A DNA stretch of 52,998 bases from Candidatus Nealsonbacteria bacterium (lineage in GTDB: Bacteria > Patescibacteriota > Minisyncoccia > Minisyncoccales > PWPS01): contig PWHW01000005.1 in the NCBI GenBank assembly GCA_003555075.1, forward strand, positions 1 to 52,998, given 5' to 3'. The notes beneath the pieces were generated by a model. The model was not told the origin of the DNA. It made no database searches and saw only the letters and a program-made list of their open reading frames with translations. Within the stretch, counting starts at the first letter, position 1, and every line of letters starts with the position of its first letter. Positions 25,861 to 35,087 of the stretch are shown here, in pieces. The position numbers and the translations under genes are program-made.

Positions 25861-26835
25861 ATGCTTGTAGATGACGTAAAAGTCAATATAAAGGCCGGAA
25901 AGGGGGGAGATGGCACAGTCTCTTTTAAGAGGGCAAAAATGGAACTTGGTCCCACCGGAGGTAACGGGGGTGACGGAGGGAATGTTTATGTAAAGGGAGT
26001 GGTGGATTTGGGAGCTTTAAAGAAGTTCCGTTTCAAAAAGGATATTAGGGCCGAGAGCGGGAAGAGAGGGCTTCCGGATAACAGGAGTGGGGAAAATGGT
26101 AAAGATGTTCTTTTGGAGGTTCCGGTGGGAACCGTAGTACATGACTTGGAGAGGGATATGATCATTGCGGAGGTAAATAGAGCAGGAGAGGAGATATTGA
26201 TAGCAAAGGGAGGGAAAGGAGGAAGAGGGAACTTCCAGTTTCGATCTTCGCGAAATACTTCTCCCAAGGAATTTGAGTATGGAAAAGAGGGTGATCTTGT
26301 TTCAGCTCGTTTTGAACTGAAGATCATTGCTGATATTGGTTTCATAGGACTTCCCAATGTTGGCAAGTCCAGTCTTTTAAATGAACTGACCAATGCGGAA
26401 ACAAAGGTTGCCAATTATCCTTTTACCACATTGGAGCCCTCTCTCGGAGTTTATTATGAACTTGTGATTGCCGATATACCGGGCCTTATAAAAGGAGCTT
26501 CTTTTGGAAAAGGTCTCGGGATCAAGTTTTTACGACACATAGAGCGTACCAAAGTACTCTTCCATTTTGTGTCTGCCCAATCCGCGGAACCGTTAAGAGA
26601 TTATGAAACAGTAAGGGAAGAGCTTGGCAGGCACTGCAAGAAGCTTCTTGAGAAACCGGAGTATTTGATCGTAAGCAAAAAGGATGAAGTTTCCAGGAAA
26701 AGACTTTTTCAAATAAAAGAAGAACTGGAAGCGATCGGGAAAAAAGTTATTTTTCTTTCAATATTGGAGGAAGAGAGCATAAGGGATGTAAAGATTATTT
26801 TAAACGAACTTATTGAAGACAAAAAGAAAGGATAG
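25861..26835 (+). CDS. obgE: GTPase Obg (no C-terminal domain)
   Basis: Gly-rich Obg fold; GLPNVGKS, YPFTT, DIPG and FLRHIER motifs. Confidence 0.95.
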   Translation: MLVDDVKVNIKAGKGGDGTVSFKRAKMELGPTGGNGGDGGNVYVKGVVDLGALKKFRFKKDIRAESGKRGLPDNRSGENGKDVLLEVPVGTVVHDLERDMIIAEVNRAGEEILIAKGGKGGRGNFQFRSSRNTSPKEFEYGKEGDLVSARFELKIIADIGFIGLPNVGKSSLLNELTNAETKVANYPFTTLEPSLGVYYELVIADIPGLIKGASFGKGLGIKFLRHIERTKVLFHFVSAQSAEPLRDYETVREELGRHCKKLLEKPEYLIVSKKDEVSRKRLFQIKEELEAIGKKVIFLSILEEESIRDVKIILNELIEDKKKG

Positions 26836-26901
26836 TCTTTTTTGTCAATGATTTCTCGTTTACATCACTGGAATTTTTAAATAGAATAAAGCAAAAATCG
26901 A

Positions 26902-27894
26902 ATGATGAAGGATATAATTTCTAAAATAGAGAAGGAGGGGATCTTGGGAAGAAGTGGCTCCAATTTCCCTGTACACTTAAAGTGGGAATCGGTGAAAAAA
27001 GAGAAGGCGGAAAAGAAGTATGTTGTTTGCAATGCTGCCGAAGGGGAGTTGGGTGCTTTCAAGGATCTCTTTATACTGAAAAATCATTCTCGTTATGTGA
27101 TAGAAGGAATAAGGGTTGCTATTGATTATCTTTCGGCTGAAAAAGGATATATCTATCTCAAGAAAGAATATTTTGAGGAGGTTCACGATTTACTCAAAGA
27201 AGAGATCGGTAATGACGAGATCGAGATCGTTAAAAAGAAGGGTGGTTATATTGGAGGAGAAGAAACAGCCCTGATCAAAGTTATAGAAGGTGGTGTGCCC
27301 GAACCTCAAAAAAAACCTCCTTTTCCTACTCAAAAGGGGCTTTGGGGGTATCCCACACTAGTGAATAACGTGGAGAGTTTTTATTGTGTGGGAAAAATAA
27401 AAAGAGAGGAGTACGAGAAAGAAAGATTCTACTCAATTTTCGGAGACGCTCCGAATAAGGGGGTGCATAAGTTGCAAGGGGGGATCACCATAAGAGAGAT
27501 ACTTGAAAGTACGGGCAACGTACCTGATTTTGAGTATTTTCTTAAAATAGGAGGTGGTGCTTGTGGGATAATAATGCTCCCCGAAGAACTGGATGTTCCC
27601 CTGAGAAGACTTGGTGTCATAATGATCTACAAGAAGGAGGGATTAGACTGCTATGCCTTGATGAAAAAATGGGTTGATTTTCTTCTTGAGGGTAATTGTG
27701 ATAAGTGTACTCCTTGCAGAGAAGGGCTTTACAGGATAATGGAAATGATCGAAAAGAGGGACATGGAAGGGGTGGAAGACATGCTCTTTGCCATGGAAAA
27801 GACCAGTTTTTGCCCACTAGGAACATCTGCTGCCACTTCGCTTAGGAGTTTTCTTGAAAAAGTATTGAAGAATGATCATGAAAATAAAAATTAA
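26902..27894 (+). CDS. Minimal NuoF-like flavoprotein subunit (HydB-like)
   Basis: GRSG..FP..KW, CNAAEGE, GGEETAL, P.KPPFP, NNVES, SLBB domain, CDKCTPCREG...SFCPLG [4Fe-4S] motif. Confidence 0.85.
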   Translation: MMKDIISKIEKEGILGRSGSNFPVHLKWESVKKEKAEKKYVVCNAAEGELGAFKDLFILKNHSRYVIEGIRVAIDYLSAEKGYIYLKKEYFEEVHDLLKEEIGNDEIEIVKKKGGYIGGEETALIKVIEGGVPEPQKKPPFPTQKGLWGYPTLVNNVESFYCVGKIKREEYEKERFYSIFGDAPNKGVHKLQGGITIREILESTGNVPDFEYFLKIGGGACGIIMLPEELDVPLRRLGVIMIYKKEGLDCYALMKKWVDFLLEGNCDKCTPCREGLYRIMEMIEKRDMEGVEDMLFAMEKTSFCPLGTSAATSLRSFLEKVLKNDHENKN

Positions 27895-29572
27895 CGGAAA
27901 GAAACTTTTGGCAAAAGAAGGAGAAACCATTCTTGATGTTTCCAAAAGGAACGGTATTCATATTCCCACTCTTTGTTATCATTCTGATGTGACCATTAAA
28001 GCCAGTTGCAGGGTTTGCGTAGTGGAGGTCAACAGGGAAGAGCTTTTGCCTTCTTGCTCAACCAAAGTACAGAATGGAATGGTAGTAGAGACTGACACCT
28101 CTTCTGTCAGAAGGGCGAGAAAGATAAACTTGGAGTTACTTTTTTCCCAGCACCAAGAAGAGTGTCACGATTGCATTTGGAACCTCAATTGCAAGATGCT
28201 TGATTTTGCAAAGGAATATAAAGTAAAGATCAATAAGTTCAAGGATAGAAAGGATCATTATCCGGCATATCGGTTTGGATGCTCTTTGGAATTTGATTCT
28301 TCAAAGTGTATAGATTGTAGGAATTGCATCGAGATCTGCAAAGAGCAAGGCGTGGGATTTTTAGAAATGAGGGGGAAAAGTCATTTAAGAGAGGTATTTC
28401 CTTCGGAAAGGAAGGATAAGGACTGTGTTCACTGTGGTCAGTGTATAAACCACTGTCCGGCTGGCGCGTTTGAGGCGGTGGGGGAGTTTGAAAGAACGGA
28501 AAAACCTCTCAAGAAGGAGGAGATTACACTGATCTTTCAAATAGCTCCGGCGGTGAGAGCCGCCATAGGGGAGGAGTTTGGACTTCCTGCCGGATTTAAC
28601 CTTATGGGGGAACTTGTATCTTCTTTAAGGCAGCTGGGAGGAGACAATATCTTTGATGTTCCCGTGGGAGCGGATATTACAACCATGGAGGAGTCAAAAG
28701 AATTCCTTAAAAGAACGGAAGAAGGGGGTTTGCCATTACTTACTTCTTGTTGTCCTTCGTGGGTCAGATTTGTTGAATTCTATTATCCGGAATTCATACC
28801 ACATCTTACCACCGTACGTTCTCCCCACATTATTCTTGGCAAGCTTATAAAGGAATATTTTTCTACCAAAAAGGGTGTTGATCCTCAAGAACTGTTTCTT
28901 ATTTCCATCATGCCTTGTGTGGCAAAGAAACATGAGATAGAGAGAGAGGAATTGGCAGAGAATGGGGTAAGGCCGGTTGACTATGTAATGACCACCAGAG
29001 AAACAGGTAGGCTTTTAAAGAAAAATAATATCAAGCTCAAAGGGATGGAAAAGGGACGAACAGATGATCCTTTTGGAGAGGCTTCTTTTTCGGGAGTTTC
29101 TTACGGTGCAAGTGGCGGGGTTATGCAGTCCGCTATTTTCAATATCATTGGCGAAAGAGTGCAGTTCAAAAAGGTTAGTAGCGGTTTAGCGGAAGCAAGT
29201 ATTTCCTATAAAGGAAGAAACTTAAGGCTTGCAGTGGTTCATGGATTAAAAAATGCAAGGAATGCACTAGAGGGGTTAAAGAAAGATCCCAAGAGATACG
29301 ATTATGTGGAAGTGATGGCTTGCCCCGGGGGATGTATAGGAGGAGGCGGACAACCCGTGCCTACCTCTGAGAGTATGACTAAAGAAAGAAGGGCCGGTCT
29401 CCGGAAAGCCAGCGAAGATAAAGAGGTTTTGAAAGCAAAGGATAATCCCGTAGTAAAAAAGGTATATGAAGAAATACTGACAACGGAAAAAGAAATATCA
29501 AGGATCTGCCATACAAGGTATCATGAAGCATCCAAAACTCCTTTATATAAAAATAAAAGGAATAATAAATAA
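27878..29572 (+). CDS. hydA: [FeFe]-hydrogenase catalytic subunit, group A (2Fe-2S, His-ligated 4Fe-4S, 2x4Fe-4S, H-cluster domain)
   Basis: H-cluster motifs TSCCPSW, MPCVAKKHE, EVMACPGGCIGGGGQP; IPTLC...CRVC; HQEECHDC.....C; two CxxCxxC ferredoxin motifs. Confidence 0.93.
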   Translation: MKIKINGKKLLAKEGETILDVSKRNGIHIPTLCYHSDVTIKASCRVCVVEVNREELLPSCSTKVQNGMVVETDTSSVRRARKINLELLFSQHQEECHDCIWNLNCKMLDFAKEYKVKINKFKDRKDHYPAYRFGCSLEFDSSKCIDCRNCIEICKEQGVGFLEMRGKSHLREVFPSERKDKDCVHCGQCINHCPAGAFEAVGEFERTEKPLKKEEITLIFQIAPAVRAAIGEEFGLPAGFNLMGELVSSLRQLGGDNIFDVPVGADITTMEESKEFLKRTEEGGLPLLTSCCPSWVRFVEFYYPEFIPHLTTVRSPHIILGKLIKEYFSTKKGVDPQELFLISIMPCVAKKHEIEREELAENGVRPVDYVMTTRETGRLLKKNNIKLKGMEKGRTDDPFGEASFSGVSYGASGGVMQSAIFNIIGERVQFKKVSSGLAEASISYKGRNLRLAVVHGLKNARNALEGLKKDPKRYDYVEVMACPGGCIGGGGQPVPTSESMTKERRAGLRKASEDKEVLKAKDNPVVKKVYEEILTTEKEISRICHTRYHEASKTPLYKNKRNNK

Positions 29573-29573
29573 T

Positions 29574-30086
29574 ATGAGATCAAAAACCATTGTTTTCCGT
29601 AATATTATTACCAAGGAGGCGATATCTTTTGTTTTTTTGACGGGAGCCGCTGTTCTTGCTCCTCTTCTTGGAGTACAAGCAGTAACAGGTTCCGTAGTTA
29701 ACGCTACACTATTCTTGGGTGTTTTACTTACAGGAGTCCAGGGAGCGGTATTCGTTGCTATATTTCCCAGCTTGATAGCACTTTCTTCAGGCCTTTTACC
29801 GCCCGTCCTAGCCCCCATGGTCCCATTTATAATCATGGGAAACGTGATCCTGATATTTACCTTTGATCACTTTAAGAATCATTTCTTAAGGGCAGTGCTT
29901 GTCTCCTCCTTTTTGAAGTTCGTATTTCTTTATTCTTCAAGCATCTTGGTGGTAGATCTTATTGCAAAGGAGGCAATTGCTTCCAATGCTGCTCTTATGA
30001 TGAGCTGGCCCCAACTTCTCACGGCTCTCTTGGGAGGACTGATCGCCGGATGTGTCTCAGGTGTTTTGAAAATACGAAATAATTAG
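29574..30086 (+). CDS. ECF transporter S-component-like membrane protein
   Basis: 170 aa with 5-6 TM helices; Q.VTG..VNA.L, PMVPFI..GN and WPQL.TAL.GG motifs; starts 1 nt after the hydA stop. Confidence 0.6.
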   Translation: MRSKTIVFRNIITKEAISFVFLTGAAVLAPLLGVQAVTGSVVNATLFLGVLLTGVQGAVFVAIFPSLIALSSGLLPPVLAPMVPFIIMGNVILIFTFDHFKNHFLRAVLVSSFLKFVFLYSSSILVVDLIAKEAIASNAALMMSWPQLLTALLGGLIAGCVSGVLKIRNN

Positions 30087-31069
30087 AATTTGAGAGCTTT
30101 TCTGGACGCGTAAAAGATCGAGGGCCAAATAAGAGCAACAAATGTTCCAATAAAGAAGTATCCTCCGAGCAGCAGTGCATCGGTAAAAAGGTTGAAGTTA
30201 AACGTTATTGCAAAAGGAGTCAAAAGAATTATCCCCAAAAAGGTCTTGTAGAATTTTGTCCATTTTTTTTCAGAGGGTATCTTGAAATATGTATTTTGCA
30301 ATGTATATCCTCCGAGAAGACCGCACACATAGAATATCAAAGGAAGGTGCCTTGTAATCTGTGTTATAAAAAGACAAGTGAAGGGTATTATAAAAGCGAG
30401 GAGTATCAAGAAAATCGGAAGGAGCTTAAAACCTCTGCTTTCCAGTAATGAAAATACCCTTAAGGAGAAATAAAGAGCGAGAGACCCTATGATGATTCCC
30501 GCTATGATGTCATCCAGAAAGTGATGCCCGAAAAATAAACGTGATATTCCCGTAAAAAGAATTATCAAACCTGCCAAAAGCCAAACTATTTTCTTTTTGT
30601 AGTGAAGTAAAAGAAAGCCCAGCACCATCAAAAGCTGAACAATATGACCACTGGGAAATGAATGGCCCGGGCGCGTTTGGTCCAGCTCGGGAAAATATGG
30701 CCTCGGCAAGGAGGTTGCTTCCCTTATGAGCAACACGGTTGCTCCCGCTATAAGGAGTATCATTGCCGCTTTTACTGCTTTTTCCTTCTCTTCCATCCAA
30801 AACAAGACAGGGAAAAGAAAGAAGATGAAGAATGATTTTACTCCGATATAACTAAAAAGCTTCAAAGAGTTTTCGGTCGCTGATGTGGATCTTTCAAGGA
30901 GGGAGGTGTATTGCTCGAGAAAGAATAGTGTTATTTTTTCATTTCTCAAGAATTCCCATGCTGCTAAGAACAATACTGCCAATGAAACAAGAGAGAGTAC
31001 AAAAAGAACATCTTTTTTGATACTGTTTGACACCTTTCTTTTTGGATTGTATTCCTTGAGAATTTTCAT
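30083..31069 (-). CDS. PAP2 family membrane phosphatase
   Basis: R......RP, SFPSGH and SR...GHH...D motifs; multiple TM helices. Confidence 0.87.
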   Translation of the reverse strand: MKILKEYNPKRKVSNSIKKDVLFVLSLVSLAVLFLAAWEFLRNEKITLFFLEQYTSLLERSTSATENSLKLFSYIGVKSFFIFFLFPVLFWMEEKEKAVKAAMILLIAGATVLLIREATSLPRPYFPELDQTRPGHSFPSGHIVQLLMVLGFLLLHYKKKIVWLLAGLIILFTGISRLFFGHHFLDDIIAGIIIGSLALYFSLRVFSLLESRGFKLLPIFLILLAFIIPFTCLFITQITRHLPLIFYVCGLLGGYTLQNTYFKIPSEKKWTKFYKTFLGIILLTPFAITFNFNLFTDALLLGGYFFIGTFVALIWPSIFYASRKALKF

Positions 31070-31159
31070 AGTGATAGGGTATTATAAATGATGCCACATC
31101 TTATCACAGTTAAGCAACTTGCTTTGTTTGAAAACAATCAATATTATGTGTTATACTTC

Positions 31160-31183
31160 ATAAGTAAAACTATAAGTAAAACT
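31160..31183 (+). repeat. Tandem 12-bp repeat upstream of ftsZ
   Basis: ATAAGTAAAACT x2, immediately after a TGt-TATACT extended -10. Confidence 0.8.
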
Positions 31184-31224
31184 CTCTCGGCAAGACGGGG
31201 TGTCGAGAGTGTGATCAAATTAGC

Positions 31225-32574
31225 ATGACCGGAAAAACAAAAACAACAAAAAAGGACACAAAAAAGAAAGAAGCAAGGCAGAAAAAAGTCGAAGAAGAGC
31301 CTGTGCGAGAGATCAAGGTAAGAGTTGTGGGAGTAGGAGGTGGTGGTGGGTCTATTATTTCCAGCATTTCCGGTGAGTTAAAAAGAGTCCTTTTTGCAGC
31401 TGTCAACACTGACACAAGAGCTTTGGACGAAATAACCAAGGGAAAGAAGATCAAGGGCATGACCTTTGGAGAGAAGTTGACATCCGGTCTTGGTACAGGA
31501 ATGAATCCCGATCTTGGAAAAAAAGCTGCTGAAGAAGATATAGAGGAAATAAGAAAACTATTCAAAGATCAGGATATTACTATTTTTGTATCCTCGTTGG
31601 GCGGAGGAACTGGGTCGGGAGCGCTACCATCTCTTGCTCGTGTTGCAAGAGAAGAGGGTAGTATCGTTTACGGCATACTCACACTTCCTTTTTCTTTTGA
31701 AGGTGACAAGAAGATGAAGATAGCAAAAAAGGCTGTTAAGGAAACAAACCCTTATTTGCATGCCATAACTATTTTGCCCAATGAAAAGATATTTGAAATA
31801 GTTGATAAGAATACGCCCCTTAAAGATGCGTTGGCGGTAATGAACAAGAATATTGCTCAGAGCTTGGAGGGTCTTGTGGAAACCATTTATCAGACGGGTC
31901 TCATCAATATTGACTTTGCTGATGTGAGGACTATCTTGGAAAGTAGGAGGGGAACCAGGAAGCTCACCTATATAAATACTGTAGAGGGGAGCCTTGAAGA
32001 GGGAGCGCAGGAAATTGTAAGAAAAGCCGTTTCGAATCCTTTGTATCCTTATGGAATAGATAACGCTCGAGGAGTTCTTTTCAATATCACCGGAGGGAAG
32101 GATATAGGTCTTACTGATATTTCATCCGTTTCCGAAAGCATCTCCAACTATACGGAAGATGATGCAAAGATAATTGTGGGGATAATGCAGAAACACAAGT
32201 ACAAGGACAGGATAAAAGTTTCTCTGCTTGCTACGGGATGTGGTACCGACTTTTTCAAGAATGAGCTTCAAGAAAAAGAAAAAGAGGAGGAGAAGGAAAA
32301 GGAAGCCAAGTCTTCTTTGGAAAAAAAGAAGAACAAAAAAAAGAAGGACCCGGGAAAGAAAAGTAAAAAACAGGAGAAGAGTAAAAAGGATAATCACAAA
32401 GAGAAGGTCAAAGAAGAGGGAGTGACGGTAGTGGAAACCAAGCAGAAGTTTTTTGACCCGGGAGATGATAAACCCAAGAAACCCGAGACTGAAGAGGAGA
32501 AAGAGATCTTAAAAGAGGAGGAAGAATGGGAGAAGCCCTCTTTCCTAAAGAAGTTCAACAAAGACTCTCTTTGA
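31225..32574 (+). CDS. ftsZ: Cell division protein FtsZ (divergent, long charged tail)
   Basis: VVGVGGGG, NTD, GGGTGSG, PF.FEG and INIDFAD motifs; C-terminal EWEKPSFLKK. Confidence 0.88.
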   Translation: MTGKTKTTKKDTKKKEARQKKVEEEPVREIKVRVVGVGGGGGSIISSISGELKRVLFAAVNTDTRALDEITKGKKIKGMTFGEKLTSGLGTGMNPDLGKKAAEEDIEEIRKLFKDQDITIFVSSLGGGTGSGALPSLARVAREEGSIVYGILTLPFSFEGDKKMKIAKKAVKETNPYLHAITILPNEKIFEIVDKNTPLKDALAVMNKNIAQSLEGLVETIYQTGLINIDFADVRTILESRRGTRKLTYINTVEGSLEEGAQEIVRKAVSNPLYPYGIDNARGVLFNITGGKDIGLTDISSVSESISNYTEDDAKIIVGIMQKHKYKDRIKVSLLATGCGTDFFKNELQEKEKEEEKEKEAKSSLEKKKNKKKKDPGKKSKKQEKSKKDNHKEKVKEEGVTVVETKQKFFDPGDDKPKKPETEEEKEILKEEEEWEKPSFLKKFNKDSL

Positions 32575-32589
32575 TGTTAGAAAAAAACA

Positions 32590-33369
32590 ATGGATAACAT
32601 AAAAAAAGCTGTTATATTACTGAATGATGCAGATGATGAATTCTTTCCTCTTGCCAGGGTCATTCCAAAGGAGCTTTTGCCGCTTGCGGATGTTCCCATT
32701 GTGCAAAGAATAACCGAGGAGGCTATCGATTGCGGGGTAAGAGAGGTCAATTTTATACTTCCCTCCGGGAAAAAGGCGGTAACAGACCATTTTAAATATA
32801 CGGATAAGGTTCCCACTGCTCAGGAGGGCTTCAAGGAAAAGCATTTTCCGGTTTCTTTTTCTTACCTTTCCTTTAAAAAAGGAGTTAAGAGCAATAATTT
32901 AATATCAAGAGCCAAAGGAAAAATAGGTGACGAAGCTTTTGCTCTCATGATGTCCGACGTTGTTTTTGCGGGAAAAAATTCTTCGCTCCACCAGCTTTCC
33001 TCGGTCTTTAGAACTTCCCAAAAGCCGGTAGTTGCACTAAAGGAAGTCGAAGAGGAAGAGATGCACTCCTTTAATATCGTGGAAGCCGAAAAAATAGCTA
33101 ATAGGCTTTATAAAATAAAGAAGGTCATTGAGAATCCCGATCCCAAGCAAACCGATTCGCGACTTGCTATCATGGGTCGTTACATCTTAACACCCTTGGT
33201 ATTTGATTATTTCAAGGATTCAAATATTGAAGAATTGATGGGAGGTGCTCTGAATGACTTGATAAATGCAGGTAAAACGGTGTATGGATACCAATGCGAA
33301 GGGGATTGGCACTTCATAGATAATAAAGAGTCTTATATAAGTTCCTTAAAAGCTTTTCTTGAAAGCTAA
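32590..33369 (+). CDS. GalU-like sugar-phosphate nucleotidyltransferase homolog with degenerate active site
   Basis: IKKAVI, PKELLP, EEA..CG and GRYILTP retained; AAG.GTR replaced by LNDADDE. Confidence 0.75.
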   Translation: MDNIKKAVILLNDADDEFFPLARVIPKELLPLADVPIVQRITEEAIDCGVREVNFILPSGKKAVTDHFKYTDKVPTAQEGFKEKHFPVSFSYLSFKKGVKSNNLISRAKGKIGDEAFALMMSDVVFAGKNSSLHQLSSVFRTSQKPVVALKEVEEEEMHSFNIVEAEKIANRLYKIKKVIENPDPKQTDSRLAIMGRYILTPLVFDYFKDSNIEELMGGALNDLINAGKTVYGYQCEGDWHFIDNKESYISSLKAFLES

Positions 33370-33375
33370 CATTAA

Positions 33376-34248
33376 ATGGATAAAAAGAAGACAATAGAGA
33401 AATTCTATCCCCGGAGAGAAGATGATGCTCGAAAATACGATCATGGATTGGTGATCATAATAGGGGGATCAAAATTTTATACCGGCTCACCGGCGCTCTC
33501 TGCCATGGCCGCTTTGAGATCGGGAGCGGATATTGCTCAGGTGGTTGCGCCCGAGAGGGCTGCGAACATAGTAGCTTCTTTCTCTCCGGACTTGATAACT
33601 TTTTCCGTGAAAGGAGATCATTTCACAGAAAGACATTTGTCCGATCTTTTTGCCCTCACTCGTAGCGGAAAAGATGTTTCCCGTGGCAGGGTGTCAGTGG
33701 TCATAGGTGGAGGAATAGGGAGGGATGAGGAAACTAAAGAGGTTGTTCGTCAGTATATCAAGGAGATTGATGTACCCGTAGTAGTAGATGCTGATGCAAT
33801 ATATGCTTTCGAGGACAAAAGGCATATTATTCGTGAACATGCATCAAATAGCGGAAGAGTGCTTTTTACTCCCCATCTTTATGAATTCTATGTGCTTACC
33901 GGGAAGGATGTTAAGAGCTTGAATCAAGAAGAGAGGGGTGAAGCGGTAAAAGAATCCGCAAGGGATTATTCCGCGGGCATATTACTTAAAGGGGAGCAAG
34001 ATATTATCTCGGATGGTGAGGTGACCGTAAAGAACGATATGCGAGTTCCTTATCTTACTTCCGGAGGAACCGGTGATGTTCTGGCGGGAATTGCCGGAAC
34101 CCTTCTTTCAAGGGGATTTTCTCCTTTGGAATCAGGAGAGGGAGCGGCTGTCCTGAATACCCTTGCGGGGGAGATGGCAGGAAAAGAAAAAGGTGAGTCC
34201 CTTATTGCTACCGATGTTATAGAGAAGATACCTCAAATATTAAGATAA
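33376..34248 (+). CDS. nnrD: NAD(P)HX dehydratase
   Basis: K.D.G.V.IIGGS..YTG, VVDADA, TPH..EF, LLKG and GGTGDVLAG motifs. Confidence 0.88.
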   Translation: MDKKKTIEKFYPRREDDARKYDHGLVIIIGGSKFYTGSPALSAMAALRSGADIAQVVAPERAANIVASFSPDLITFSVKGDHFTERHLSDLFALTRSGKDVSRGRVSVVIGGGIGRDEETKEVVRQYIKEIDVPVVVDADAIYAFEDKRHIIREHASNSGRVLFTPHLYEFYVLTGKDVKSLNQEERGEAVKESARDYSAGILLKGEQDIISDGEVTVKNDMRVPYLTSGGTGDVLAGIAGTLLSRGFSPLESGEGAAVLNTLAGEMAGKEKGESLIATDVIEKIPQILR

Positions 34249-34290
34249 AAATAATAGCCGTTTTCGTTTTAAATCGAAAACAGCGTTAAA

Positions 34291-35070
34291 ATGTTAAGTA
34301 AAAAGGGATTATTCGATCTCAAGGAAAAAGTAGCAGTGGTCACTGGAGGAAGAAGAGGAATGGGAAGAACTCATTGTTTAATGCTTGCTGATGCAGGAGC
34401 AAGAGTAGTGGTTTCCGATATTTCACTGGAGGATTGCGAAAAGGTTGTGGAAGAAATAAGAGAGCAAGGGGGTGAGGCGATTGCGGCTGAGTGTGACATA
34501 TCAAACAAGAGCGAGGGGGAGGAGTTGATGGAAAAGGCAAAGGAGACCTATGGAGGGATTGATATTTTGGTTAATAATGCGGGGATAGTGGATTTCAAGA
34601 GTTTTCTTGAACTCACGGAAGAAGATTGGGACAGGGTAATGGATATAAACCTTAAAGGTTACTTTTTATGCACCAGGGCTGCAGTGGAAGCGATGAAGGA
34701 AAGAGGAGAGGGAGTTGTTGTGAACATCGGGTCTGTTGCCATGGGTCAATCCGGAATAGGGTTCCCAAATGCCGTACCTTATGTATCCTCAAAAGGAGGT
34801 ATAGCGGGAATGACCGAAGCCCTTGCGGTGGACCTTGCCCCTCACAACATCAGAGTGAATACTGTTGCTCCGGGTATAATAGAAACTCCCATGATAGATC
34901 CGGTCAAAGAGGATAAAGAAGGAACAGAGGCACTGGTTTCACGTCTTCCCTTAAAAAGAATGGGGAAGCCGGAGGAGATATCCAGTGTTGTGCTTTTTCT
35001 TGCTTCCGACGCCTCTTCTTATATGACCGGAGCAGTAATTAATGTTGACGGGGGTTGGCTCTCGTCATAA
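34291..35070 (+). CDS. Short-chain dehydrogenase/reductase (FabG-like)
   Basis: TGGRRGMG, NNAG, YVSSK, PG.I.T and VDGG motifs. Confidence 0.9.
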   Translation: MLSKKGLFDLKEKVAVVTGGRRGMGRTHCLMLADAGARVVVSDISLEDCEKVVEEIREQGGEAIAAECDISNKSEGEELMEKAKETYGGIDILVNNAGIVDFKSFLELTEEDWDRVMDINLKGYFLCTRAAVEAMKERGEGVVVNIGSVAMGQSGIGFPNAVPYVSSKGGIAGMTEALAVDLAPHNIRVNTVAPGIIETPMIDPVKEDKEGTEALVSRLPLKRMGKPEEISSVVLFLASDASSYMTGAVINVDGGWLSS

Positions 35071-35087
35071 GATTTTGAATTATATTC

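Noticed and set aside
32260-32530. Low-complexity purine-rich tracts (also 10455-10515 and 47610-47720)
   Set aside because: Encode Glu/Lys-rich disordered protein tails, not DNA repeats
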